Positions 1-9,012 of a DNA stretch of 64,000 bases are shown in pieces. The DNA comes from an uncultured Acidimicrobiia bacterium (GTDB lineage: Bacteria > Actinomycetota > Acidimicrobiia > Acidimicrobiales > JACDCH01): contig CAWDIH010000001.1 of assembly GCA_963802415.1 (NCBI GenBank), positions 2,633,000 to 2,696,999 of the forward strand, given 5' to 3'. How positions within the stretch are numbered: position 1 is the first letter of the stretch; the number at the start of each line of letters is the position of its first letter. A program made the position numbers and the translations under genes. The notes under the pieces were generated by a model. That model had not been told where the DNA came from and did not search any database. It was given only the letters and a program-made list of their open reading frames with translations.

Positions 1-445
1 GGGCGATAGCACCGGCTTCAACTGGGACTATGTCAGGCATCTCGCGCTTCCGATCGCAACGTTGTGCGTGCAGATCGTGGCGTCGTGGAGCCGCTACCAG
101 CGTGCATCCATGCTCGACTCGTTGGGTGCCGACTACGTGCGCACGGCGCGAGCCAAGGGCGTACCGCGGCGCCAGGTGATCTTCAAGCACGCCTTGCGCA
201 ACTCGCTCATCCCGTTCGTCACCGTCGTCGCCCTGGACTTCGGCGCACTCTTCGGTGGCTTGATCATCACCGAGAACATCTTCGCCATCGGTGGGATGGG
301 AAGGCTGTTCTACAACGCGCTCCTCGTCGGAGACGTCTACGTCGTGGAGGCGTGGATGATCGTGGTCGCGGTGCTGATCATCTTCTTCAATCTGCTGGCG
401 GATCTGCTGTACGGCGTCCTCGATCCTCGGATCCGGCTGTCATGA
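1..445 (+). CDS. ABC peptide/nickel transporter permease (DppB/OppB type), C-terminal part; 5' end outside window
   Basis: Frame of ORF 62..445 stays open to the window edge. Permease loop DYVRTARAKGVPRRQVIFKHALRNSLIP plus C-terminal TM segments. Stop overlaps the next start (ATGA at 442-445). Confidence 0.85.
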   Translation, partial: GDSTGFNWDYVRHLALPIATLCVQIVASWSRYQRASMLDSLGADYVRTARAKGVPRRQVIFKHALRNSLIPFVTVVALDFGALFGGLIITENIFAIGGMGRLFYNALLVGDVYVVEAWMIVVAVLIIFFNLLADLLYGVLDPRIRLS

Positions 446-1398
446 GGACTGAGGACAAGATCGGGGGCGAGCCTGCGCCACTCGGTTCACCCGTCGCGCT
501 CGAGCCGATGTCGATGCTGCCGGTCGAGCAGCACGAGCCGACGCCGCGCACGCAGTGGCAACTGTTCCGTCGTCGCTTCCTGCGCCACCGGCTCGCCGTC
601 GGCGGCGCGATCGTGCTGATCCTGCTGATCGTCTTCTGCTTCGGGGCGAGGTACTTCGCACCGTACGACAAGAACCACCAGGACCTGCTGCTGGGCCCGA
701 CGTCACCGAGCCGAGCGCACTGGATGGGAACCGATCAGCTCGGCCGTGACCTGATGACCGAGATCATGTACGCGGGCCAGATCTCGTTGAAGATCGGTCT
801 CGCCGTCGCTCTGGTGTCGACCGCGGCGGGCACGATCGTCGGGGCGGCGGCAGGCTACTTCGGCCGTGTCTGGGACCAGTTGCTCATGCGGTTGACGGAT
901 CTGTTCCTCGTCGTGCCGGCCATCGCCGTGCTCGCGGTCGCCCTCAAGTACTTCGGCAATTCGAGTTTCGATCAGACCACGGTCATCATCTTCGTGCTCG
1001 CCGGTCTCGGATGGATGTACATCGCCCGAGTCGTGCGCGGGCAGGTGCTCTCGCTCAAGGAGAAGGAGTTCGTCGAAGCCGCCCGAGCGGCAGGCGGCTC
1101 GAGCGGACGCATCGTGTTTCGGCACATCCTGCCGAACTGCATCGGACCGATCCTCGTCAACGCCACGCTCAGCATCGCTGCGGCGATCATCACGGAGTCG
1201 ACGCTGTCCTTCCTCGGCTTCGGCGTGCAGCCGCCGACGACCTCCTGGGGCAACATGCTCGCCTCGGCTGAGGGCAACTACAACCAGAACACCCACCTGC
1301 TCTACTTCCCGGGGCTGATGATCCTGCTCACTGTCCTGTGCGTGAACTTCCTGGGCGACGGTCTGCGTGACGCCTTCGACCCCCAGCACAAGCACTGA
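442..1398 (+). CDS. ABC peptide transporter permease (DppC/OppC type)
   Basis: In-frame ATG 442 inside ORF 64..1398; the upstream part is high-GC read-through. Multi-TM profile and conserved loop ARAAGGSSGRIVFRHILPNCIGP. Confidence 0.85.
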   Translation: MRTEDKIGGEPAPLGSPVALEPMSMLPVEQHEPTPRTQWQLFRRRFLRHRLAVGGAIVLILLIVFCFGARYFAPYDKNHQDLLLGPTSPSRAHWMGTDQLGRDLMTEIMYAGQISLKIGLAVALVSTAAGTIVGAAAGYFGRVWDQLLMRLTDLFLVVPAIAVLAVALKYFGNSSFDQTTVIIFVLAGLGWMYIARVVRGQVLSLKEKEFVEAARAAGGSSGRIVFRHILPNCIGPILVNATLSIAAAIITESTLSFLGFGVQPPTTSWGNMLASAEGNYNQNTHLLYFPGLMILLTVLCVNFLGDGLRDAFDPQHKH

Positions 1399-1402
1399 TC
1401 GA

Positions 1403-2494
1403 ATGGACGACCCTTCTGTCGATCTCGACCTCGAGTTGGAGATAGTCCCGTCTGCTCGATGGTCGGGCCCGGTGCTCGAGGTCAGCGACCTGACGGTGAC
1501 GTTCCCGTCCGACGACGGTCCGGTCCACGCGGTCAGCAACCTCAGCTTCGAACTGCTCGACCACGAGACCCTCGGGATCGTGGGCGAGTCCGGCTCGGGC
1601 AAGAGCGTCACGTCGATGGCGATCCTCGGGCTCTTGCCTGATTCGGCGAACGTCACCGGCAGCGTGAAGCTCCGTGGCCGGGAGTTGTTGGGCCTGTCCG
1701 ACAAGGCCATGCAGCCCGTGCGGGGAAAGTCGATCGCGATGGTCTTCCAGGACGCGCTGACCGCGCTCAACCCCGTGTACACCGTCGGCAGCCAGATCGC
1801 AGAGGCGATCAAGGTCCACGACGACGTGCCCGACGATGTGGTGAGGGCGCGCGTTCTCGAGTTGCTGGACACCGTCGGGATCCCGAACCCGGCGCGGCGC
1901 GCCGACCAGTACCCGCACGAGTACTCCGGAGGCATGCGCCAGCGAGCGATGATCGCCATGACGATCGCCAACGAGCCGGAAGTGCTCATCGCCGACGAGC
2001 CGACCACCGCGCTCGACGTGACGATCCAGGCGCAGGTGCTCGAGGTTCTGGAGCGCATCCAGGACCGCACCAGGAGCTCGATCATCCTGATCACGCACGA
2101 TCTCGGTGTCGTCGCCGGCGTCGCCGATCGGGTGCTCGTGATGTACGCCGGACGTGAGGTCGAGCTCGCGAGTGTCGACGATCTCTTCTACAACCCGCGG
2201 CATCCGTACGCCCGTGGCTTGCTGGCGTCGCTGCCGCGCGTCGACGGGCGCCGCGACGCGCGCCTCAACCGCATCGCCGGTCAACCGCCCTCGCTCATCA
2301 TGATCCCGAGCGGGTGCGCGTTCCATCCGAGGTGCAACGACGCACGCCTGCCGTCGCCGTGCCAGACCGACCGGCCGGAGCTGCGCGAGATCGATGCCGG
2401 CCACCTCTCGGCGTGTCACTTCGCCGAGGACCTGCCGGCGTTGAGCACGAGTGAGCTCTCGGCTGACGAATCCGGAGAGGCGTCCGTTGGCTGA
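1403..2494 (+). CDS. ABC peptide transporter ATP-binding protein (DppD/OppD type)
   Basis: ATG 1403 within ORF 1367..2494. Walker A GESGSGKS, signature YSGGMRQR, Walker [12 protein letters not shown], Cys-rich oligopeptide-ABC C-terminal extension. Confidence 0.9.
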   Translation: MDDPSVDLDLELEIVPSARWSGPVLEVSDLTVTFPSDDGPVHAVSNLSFELLDHETLGIVGESGSGKSVTSMAILGLLPDSANVTGSVKLRGRELLGLSDKAMQPVRGKSIAMVFQDALTALNPVYTVGSQIAEAIKVHDDVPDDVVRARVLELLDTVGIPNPARRADQYPHEYSGGMRQRAMIAMTIANEPEVLIADEPTTALDVTIQAQVLEVLERIQDRTRSSIILITHDLGVVAGVADRVLVMYAGREVELASVDDLFYNPRHPYARGLLASLPRVDGRRDARLNRIAGQPPSLIMIPSGCAFHPRCNDARLPSPCQTDRPELREIDAGHLSACHFAEDLPALSTSELSADESGEASVG

Positions 2495-3482
2495 GACCAT
2501 CCTCGAGGTGACCGACCTGGTGAAGGAGTTCCCGGTTCGGGCCGGGCTCTTCCAGCATCAGGTTGCGACCGTCAAGGCCGTGTCGGGCGTGTCGCTCTCG
2601 GTGGACAGGGGCGAGACGTTGGGGGTCGTCGGCGAGTCGGGGTGTGGGAAGTCGACCACCGGGCGCCTGATCCTCCGGCTGATCCCCGCGACGTCGGGCT
2701 CGGTGAAGTTCCACGGCGAAGAGGTACTGAACCAGTCGAGCCGCGCGATCCGGTCGCTGCGTCGCAAGATGCAGATCGTCTTCCAGGACCCGTACGCATC
2801 GCTGAATCCGCGCATGTCGGTCCAGTCGATCATTGCCGAGCCGATGGTGATCCATCGGAGCCGCCGACGGAAGGCGATCGCGAAGCGAGTCAAGGAACTG
2901 ATGGAGCTGGTGGGCTTGAAGGCGGAGCACGCCAGCCGCTACCCGCACGAGTTCTCAGGCGGACAGCGCCAGCGCATCGGCATCGCCCGCGCGCTGGCAC
3001 TCGATCCTGAGTTGCTCGTTCTCGACGAGCCCGTGTCCGCGCTCGACGTCTCGATCCAGGCGGGGGTGGTGAACCTTCTCGAGGATCTGCAGGACGAGCT
3101 CGGCCTGTCGTATCTGTTCATCGCGCACGACCTCTCGGTCGTGCGCCACATCTCGGACGTCACGGCCGTGATGTACCTGGGCAAGATCGTCGAGATCGGG
3201 CCGGCCGCGCAGCTCTACGAGCGCCCCGCGCACCCGTACACCCAAGCGCTGTTGTCAGCCGTGCCGGTTCCGGACCCGCGCAAGGAGCGCTCCCGTAAGC
3301 GGATCGTGCTCACCGGCGATGTGCCGAGCCCCATCGCGCCTCCGTCGGGCTGCCGGTTCCGGACGCGCTGCTGGAAGGCGCAAGCGATCTGCGCCGAGCA
3401 GGAGCCCGAGCTCGTCGATCGTGGCCACGGTCATCCGTCCGCCTGCCATTTCGCCGAGGTCGTCGACGTCGTATCGGCGTGA
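2487..3482 (+). CDS. ABC peptide transporter ATP-binding protein (DppF/OppF type)
   Basis: Walker [10 protein letters not shown], signature FSGGQRQR, Walker [15 protein letters not shown] 2487 follows GGAGAGG and overlaps the upstream stop, so it is preferred over the ORF-track start 2451. Confidence 0.88.
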   Translation: MAETILEVTDLVKEFPVRAGLFQHQVATVKAVSGVSLSVDRGETLGVVGESGCGKSTTGRLILRLIPATSGSVKFHGEEVLNQSSRAIRSLRRKMQIVFQDPYASLNPRMSVQSIIAEPMVIHRSRRRKAIAKRVKELMELVGLKAEHASRYPHEFSGGQRQRIGIARALALDPELLVLDEPVSALDVSIQAGVVNLLEDLQDELGLSYLFIAHDLSVVRHISDVTAVMYLGKIVEIGPAAQLYERPAHPYTQALLSAVPVPDPRKERSRKRIVLTGDVPSPIAPPSGCRFRTRCWKAQAICAEQEPELVDRGHGHPSACHFAEVVDVVSA

Positions 3483-3497
3483 TTCGGCGCGCAGTCC

Positions 3498-3884
3498 CTA
3501 CCGGTGGCTTCGGAGTGCATGGAAGGTGTCGCTCAGCGCACGGGGTGAACCGCCCCACGTCGGCTCCAGGACCAGGATCGAACCGGTCGCCACGGTGACG
3601 CGCAGTCGCGAGGTACCGAGTCGCCGCACGAGATCCATGCTGGTGACCTGGTCCAGTTCCACCGAGGTGGCCAGCCCGCCCGGACGGCCGAACCACCGCG
3701 ATGCCCTCCAGAAGAGCAGGCGTCGATCGGTCAGGCCGAGCACGAAGATGCGGCCAGGCAGGGGGAAGGTGGCTCTGGCCGTGGAGCGTCGGGCCAACGC
3801 CACCCGTGCGGCGACGAGGAGCTGCTCTCCGTCATCCAGCTCGGCGGCGAGCGCAGCAGCGTGCTGATCGGCCCACCGATTCAC
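3498..3884 (-). CDS. hypothetical protein (possibly bacterial PH-like domain)
   Basis: 128-aa ORF with GC3-rich codon usage that fills the gap between the ABC operon and secG. No motif recognised with certainty. Confidence 0.45.
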   Translation of the reverse strand: MNRWADQHAAALAAELDDGEQLLVAARVALARRSTARATFPLPGRIFVLGLTDRRLLFWRASRWFGRPGGLATSVELDQVTSMDLVRRLGTSRLRVTVATGSILVLEPTWGGSPRALSDTFHALRSHR

Positions 3885-3919
3885 GGCGCGGCACCGTAGC
3901 CAGTACCCTCGACCAAGTC

Positions 3920-4177
3920 ATGCTCGCCGCAATGATCTTCACCAAGCTGATCTTCTGGGTCGGTCTCGTCCACGCCGTCGACTCGCTGTTGCTGATCTTT
4001 CTCGTGCTGCTGCACAGCGGGAAGGGCGGCGGCCTGTCCGACATGTTCGGCGGCGGCATCGGCGCGACGGCAGCGGGTTCGACCGTCGTCGAACGCAACC
4101 TCGACCGCATCACGGTCGTGGCGGCTCTGGTCTTCGCCTTCAGCACCATCGGCTACGGCCTGCTGCTCTCCGCCTAG
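3920..4177 (+). CDS. secG: preprotein translocase subunit SecG
   Basis: ATG 3920 inside ORF 3701..4177. Two TM helices flank the Gly-rich loop HSGKGGGLSDMFGGG, which is typical of SecG. Confidence 0.8.
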   Translation: MLAAMIFTKLIFWVGLVHAVDSLLLIFLVLLHSGKGGGLSDMFGGGIGATAAGSTVVERNLDRITVVAALVFAFSTIGYGLLLSA

Positions 4178-4227
4178 GCCTCAACGGGGCTTGCGGCTTG
4201 AACTGTTGCAGTAGCTTGGGCCGCCCC

Positions 4228-4312
4228 GCGGACGTGGTGGAATCAGGTAGACACGCCAGCTTGAGGTGCTGGTCCGGGCAACCGGGTGGAGGTTCAAATC
4301 CTCTCGTCCGCA
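4228..4312 (+). tRNA. tRNA-Leu (anticodon GAG), class II with long variable arm, no encoded CCA
   Basis: Folded by hand. Acceptor GCGGACG/CGTCCGC, anticodon stem CCAGC/GCTGG with loop TTGAGGT, variable arm CCGG-GCAA-CCGG, T arm GGAGG-TTCAAAT-CCTCT, discriminator A. Confidence 0.9.
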
Positions 4313-4379
4313 CGCACCCGGCACGAATGTTGGTGCGCCGTGGTCGCTGGAGCGACCACGGCGACCCGGAGTTGGGCCG

Positions 4380-5217
4380 ATGTCGCTGCTGACTGCCGGC
4401 GAGGCAGTCGTGTTGGGGTTGGTGGAGGGGGTCACCGAGTTCCTCCCGATCAGCTCGACGGGGCACCTGCTCGTCGCGTCGCGCATCATGGGTCTGCCTG
4501 ACTCCGGTTCCGCAGGCGACGCGCTGAAGAGCTACGAGATCGCGATCCAGTTCGGCGCCATCCTCGCGGTGCTCATGCTGTACAGGCAGACGCGTCGGCG
4601 TGATGGTCGAAGGATTGCGAGGGCGGAGCGAGCAGGGCCGGCAGCTGCTCGCGGCCGTCGCGATCGCGTTCGTGCCGGCGGCGATCGTCGGCGTGGTGTC
4701 CGAGAGGCTGATCAAAGACGTGCTGTTCGGCGTCGGGCCGGTGGTTGTCGCGTGGATCGTTGGCGGCGTCGCCGTCCTCGAGCTGAGTCGTCGTGGTCTC
4801 GTCGGTCCTCGGGGTGGTCGTGGACTCGTCGAGATCACAACGCGGGACGCGGTGGTGATCGGCGCCGCGCAGGTGCTCGCGTTGTGGCCGGGGACGAGCC
4901 GCAGCCTCGTCACCATCGTCGCCGCGCTCCTGCTCGGGATGTCGATGGAGGCCGCGGTCGAGTTCAGCTTCCTCCTCGGGTTCGTGACGCTCGGCGCGGC
5001 CACGGTCTACGAGACGGCCAAGGACGGAAAGCTGATGATCGACACGTTCGGCATCGCCATCCCGCTGCTCGGCCTCGTGGTTGCGTTCGCGGCGGCGGCC
5101 GTCTCGATCAAGTGGATGGTCGGCTACCTGCGCCGCCACGACCTCGCCATCTTCGGTTGGTACCGCCTCGGGGTCGCCGCCCTGGCGATCACGTTGGTGG
5201 CCACAGGAACGATCTGA
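4380..5217 (+). pseudogene. uppP: undecaprenyl-diphosphate phosphatase (UppP/BacA), interrupted by one frameshift near 4590
   Basis: The N-terminus ([30 protein letters not shown]...[13 protein letters not shown]) is in the frame of ORF 4266..5543. The rest (VMVEGLRGR...PGTSRS...YLRRHDL) is in ORF 4600..5217. Removing one base near 4590 restores a full-length UppP. Confidence 0.8.
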
Positions 5218-5233
5218 CGGAAGGAGGGAGGAC

Positions 5234-6038
5234 TCAGGCGGGCCACCACACGGTCACGACTTCGGATGGCGCGAGGCGGGGATGCGGGCCGAGCAGCGCG
5301 GCGATCTCCGGGTCGGCGGTGGCGGGAAGACACAGCCGCCGCCGCGCCAGAGCGACGATCTCCTCGTCGGTCCGTCCGGGACACACGCCCGGGTCGGGTC
5401 GGATCCACCGCTCGACCCCGACGCTGACGTCTCCACGCCCGCCGACGGCTTCGGTGATCACCTCGATGGCATCGGCCGCCGTGGGCGTCGACGGACGGTC
5501 GATGTTCCAGAAGTGCCGCCACAACGGCGCCAAGTGCGACTGAGGATGGACCTCGGTCAGTTCCATCACCACCCGCGTCGACGCATGGTCAGTGAGCGCG
5601 GACACGAATGCGCCGAGGTCTGCCACGTTGTAGGCGACGTGGCCGCAGAGGGCGACGTCGGCCCTTTCGACGTCCGCTTCCACGTCGGGCCACCGTCCAC
5701 ACACCGTGCGCACGTCCAGCGCGAACAGGCGCGAGCGCACGCACGGCGTCGAGCATGTCCTGGCTCGAGTCGACGGCGATCAAGGCGCCGGCATCATCCG
5801 CAATCGGCAGGGACGATGCGCCTCCGCCGGCGCCGACGTCGAGCAGGGTCCCGCCAGAAGGCAACGCTTCGCGAGCGCGCACATGGGTCGGTGTCAACGG
5901 CGCGTCCAGCGCCGCCCTGGCGCCGTGCACGAACGTGGCAACGGGAAAGCCATGCGGCGGTTCCGGCGCCGCGGCGACGATCTCCTCCGGGATCGCCCAA
6001 CACGCGAGCGCCAGCGACCACCGTTGCGCGGCAGTCAA
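5234..6038 (-). pseudogene. class I SAM-dependent methyltransferase, one frameshift near 5740
   Basis: N-terminal ORF 5589..6038 carries motif I LLDVGAGGGA and ends DSSQDMLDAVR. The sequence continues in ORF 5234..5740 (RSRLFALDVRTVCGRWPDV...). The start overlaps the coxE-like stop. Confidence 0.7.
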
Positions 6039-7231
6039 GACGATCGGATCACCTCGAGCAGCGTGTCCATCGAGGCAAGCGAGTGACCGCTGACCATGTG
6101 ATCGACGTAGGGGAGTGCGGCTGCCATTCCCGCGACCAGGGGTTCGTAGCGGGGACTCGCCGTACGCGGGTTGACCCAGATGACGCGGCGGGCGAGTCGG
6201 GACAGGCGCGCCATCTGCGTGGCCACGACATCGGGATCATCGCGTTCCCAACCGTCGGAGACGATGACGACGACGGCGCCCCGGGCGATTCCACGACGGC
6301 CGTAGCGGTCGTTGAACGCGGCCAGCGTTGCACCGATGCGCGTGCCGCCGGACCAGTCTGTTGTCGCAGCTGCGGCTCGTTGCAGTGCGAGGTCCGGATT
6401 GGTGATCGCGAGATCGCGGGTGAGGCGGGTCAGGCGTGTCGCGAACACGAAGGCCTCGGCCTTGGTGGCCCGCACTGCTCCATGGAGGAGATGGAGGTAC
6501 GTGCGCGTGTAGGGCTCCATCGATCCGGAGACATCGGCGATGAGCACGAGTCGTCGTGGACGGCGTTTGTGGCGTCGCAGAACCTGCTCGACCGGATCGC
6601 CGCCGGTGCGGTGCGAGCGCCTCAGCGTTGCTCTCACGTCGAGACGTTCACCAGGGTGGCGGCGAACGTGCCGGCGGCTCGAGCGCTGGGGCGGATCCAA
6701 CCGAATGGCGGCGATGAGGGATCGCAGCAAGGCCATCTCTTCCGGGGTCCACGCGGCGAAGTCCTTCTTCCGTAGCCGCTCCTCCGGGCTGGCTGCCGCG
6801 ACCAGCATCGGCTCGTCGTCCTCGTCGATCGCGGTGCCCTCGGCGGGTCCCGGCATGCCCGGCGAAGGCTGCGGGCCTCGCCCGGTGTCGCGGTCCGAGC
6901 TGCGCGGCCGGTGATCGCTCCCAGGCCGGGCGTGGGGCGGGGGCGGCTGGCTGCTGTCACCGCGATGATCGGCGACGTCCGTGATCCCTTCGACGACTTG
7001 CGCGAAGACCGCGTCGAAGACCGGAAGGTGGGCGTACTCGGACACCAATGTCACTCGCGCGACCCAGTAGAGCTCGTCCACGGTCGCGGGCGACGCGTCG
7101 AGCAGCGATCGCGCGAACCTTCCTGTGCGCTCCGGTGTCGCAGGCAACCCGGCGCGATGGAGCAGTTCGCTGAACGCGGCGGTCACACTCGCGACGTCGA
7201 CCGCTTGGAGCGTTCCGGGACCGGCGGTCAT
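6035..7231 (-). CDS. coxE: VWA domain protein, CoxE-like CO-dehydrogenase maturation factor
   Basis: ATG 7231 (MTAGPGTLQ...) overlaps the upstream stop (ATGA). C-terminal VWA/MIDAS region LVLIADVSGSM. Sits in a cox cluster directly after a MoxR ATPase. Confidence 0.8.
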   Translation of the reverse strand: MTAGPGTLQAVDVASVTAAFSELLHRAGLPATPERTGRFARSLLDASPATVDELYWVARVTLVSEYAHLPVFDAVFAQVVEGITDVADHRGDSSQPPPPHARPGSDHRPRSSDRDTGRGPQPSPGMPGPAEGTAIDEDDEPMLVAAASPEERLRKKDFAAWTPEEMALLRSLIAAIRLDPPQRSSRRHVRRHPGERLDVRATLRRSHRTGGDPVEQVLRRHKRRPRRLVLIADVSGSMEPYTRTYLHLLHGAVRATKAEAFVFATRLTRLTRDLAITNPDLALQRAAAATTDWSGGTRIGATLAAFNDRYGRRGIARGAVVVIVSDGWERDDPDVVATQMARLSRLARRVIWVNPRTASPRYEPLVAGMAAALPYVDHMVSGHSLASMDTLLEVIRSS

Positions 7232-8115
7232 TCGCCGACGACCCAGGCGACGCCGCGCTCGTGCACGACGTCGAGGTCCTCGCGGTACTTCAGCACGGAG
7301 CCGAGCGTCTGTGTCGCGACCTCCGCGTCGAGCCGCTCGACGCCGAGCAGCTCGATGATCGACACCCAGTTGATCGCCTCTGCGATACCGGGCGGCTTCT
7401 GCACGTCGAGTGTCCGCAGGCGCGCCACCGCGGCGGCGGCTTGTTCGGCGATCGAAGTCGACGCGGCGGGAACTCGACGACGGATGATCTCGACCGTACG
7501 CGGAAGCGACGGATAGTCGATCCAGTGGTACAGGCAACGGCGCTTGAGCGCGTCGTGGAGATCGCGTGTGCGGTTCGATGTCAGTACGACGATCGGTGGC
7601 TGCTCGGCGCGCAATGTCCCGAGCTCCGGGATGGTGACTGCCGCCTCAGCGAGCAATTCGAACAGGAACGCCTCGAACTCGTCGTCGCTGCGGTCGATCT
7701 CGTCGATCAGGAGCACTACTGGCCGGGGACCGCGGTGCTCGACGGCACGCAGCAACGGGCGTTCGACGAGATAGTCGCGCCCGAACAACTCGTGTTCGCT
7801 GACGTCCCGCCCCGAGGCTTCGGCGACCCTGATCGCGAGCAGCTGCCGCGGGTAGTTCCACTCGTACAGCGCTTCGGACGCGTCGATGCCCTCGTAGCAC
7901 TGCAAACGGATCAACGGCGTGCCGAGGGCGCCGGCTAGCGCCTTCGCCGCCTCCGTCTTGCCGACGCCGGGCTCGCCCTCGAGGAGGATCGCCTGCGGCA
8001 ACCGGACCGCGCAGAACAGCGCGGTGGCCAGCCCGAGATCAGCGAGATAGTCGACCTCGTCCAACCGGCCGCGCAACGTGTCGACTTCGGGGACGAGGCT
8101 CTCGAGATCACTCAC
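7228..8115 (-). CDS. coxD: MoxR-family AAA+ ATPase, CoxD-like
   Basis: Walker A GEPGVGKT, Walker B VVLLIDEIDR, MoxR-type length (295 aa) and cox-cluster context. Confidence 0.85.
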   Translation of the reverse strand: MSDLESLVPEVDTLRGRLDEVDYLADLGLATALFCAVRLPQAILLEGEPGVGKTEAAKALAGALGTPLIRLQCYEGIDASEALYEWNYPRQLLAIRVAEASGRDVSEHELFGRDYLVERPLLRAVEHRGPRPVVLLIDEIDRSDDEFEAFLFELLAEAAVTIPELGTLRAEQPPIVVLTSNRTRDLHDALKRRCLYHWIDYPSLPRTVEIIRRRVPAASTSIAEQAAAAVARLRTLDVQKPPGIAEAINWVSIIELLGVERLDAEVATQTLGSVLKYREDLDVVHERGVAWVVGE

Positions 8116-8124
8116 GTCGATCGC

Positions 8125-9012
8125 TCATGCATAGGCATCGGGATCGGCCGCGAAGGCGCGCAGGCATCCGCTCCCGCAGAACCACCAGCGCGTGCCGGCG
8201 TGGTCGTAGTGCAGCGAGGAATCCACCATCGGGACGCTCATGCCGCACACGGGGTCGACTGCCAGGTCGACCGCCGCTGCGTCCGGCGCGGCGATCGGAC
8301 GGGCGGACGGGCGGGGGCGGTTCGCCACGATCTCCGCGAGGATCGACAACGCCACCTCCTCTGCGGAGCGGGCGCCGATGTCGATCCCGGCGGGGGTGTG
8401 CACACGGGCCCGGTCCGGCGCGCCTGCGTGCAACGAACCAAGGACGGCCTCACCGCGCTTGCGGCTCGCAACGAGGCCGACGTAAGGCACGCCGGCGCGC
8501 AGCGCGGCGTCGAGTACCTCCTCTTCGTCCCGTCCGTGCGAGGCGACCACGACAGCCGCGGCACCGGCTGGGTCGGCCGCGGCCCACGGCACGAGGTCGT
8601 AGCCCAAAGCCGCGCCGAGCGAGAGCAGCGACCTCGCGATCGGCGTGTCGCCGTGCACCGTCACCACGGGTGCAGGGATCACCGGTTGCAGGAAGATCTC
8701 GATCGTCCCGCCGGAAAGGCAGGGATTCACAACCGTGAGCTTGCCGGGGTGCGGTTCCTCGTCCTCCGGTGCGATGCGCAGCAGCACGGTCTCGCCCGAG
8801 TCGAGCAACGTCAGACTTTGCGCCCGTACGGTCGATTCTGCACAGGTGCCGCCGACGAACCCTTCCATGGTGCCGTCGGCCAGCACGAGCGCTTCATCGC
8901 CCGGCTTTGCCGACGTCGGCCGTTCGGCCAGCACGACCCGAGCGTGCACGTAGGGGACGCGGTCCCGCCGAAGCGAGCGCGCCCGTTCGTGCACACGGTC
9001 GCGTTCGCTCAC
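8125..9012 (-). CDS. XdhC/CoxF(CoxI)-family molybdoenzyme accessory protein with C-terminal YHS/TRASH metal-binding domain
   Basis: XdhC N-domain (YVHARVVLAERPTSAKPGDEALVLADGTMEGFVGGTCAE) and Rossmann-like XdhC_C. Last ~45 aa read DPVCGMSV...WWFCGSGCLRAF, a YHS-type Cys motif. Confidence 0.8.
   Translation of the reverse strand: MSERDRVHERARSLRRDRVPYVHARVVLAERPTSAKPGDEALVLADGTMEGFVGGTCAESTVRAQSLTLLDSGETVLLRIAPEDEEPHPGKLTVVNPCLSGGTIEIFLQPVIPAPVVTVHGDTPIARSLLSLGAALGYDLVPWAAADPAGAAAVVVASHGRDEEEVLDAALRAGVPYVGLVASRKRGEAVLGSLHAGAPDRARVHTPAGIDIGARSAEEVALSILAEIVANRPRPSARPIAAPDAAAVDLAVDPVCGMSVPMVDSSLHYDHAGTRWWFCGSGCLRAFAADPDAYA

Noticed and set aside
703-2500. Long antisense ORFs (703..2094 and 1328..2500, minus strand). 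Similar ones occur elsewhere, e.g. 10152..12128 (+), 4140..5003 (-), 15159..15917 (+), 22289..22726 (-) and 30495..31169 (-)
   Set aside because: They lie opposite genes with clear conserved motifs. They have Arg/Ala/Pro-rich low-complexity translations typical of stop-poor frames in very GC-rich DNA, and they contain no recognisable domains.
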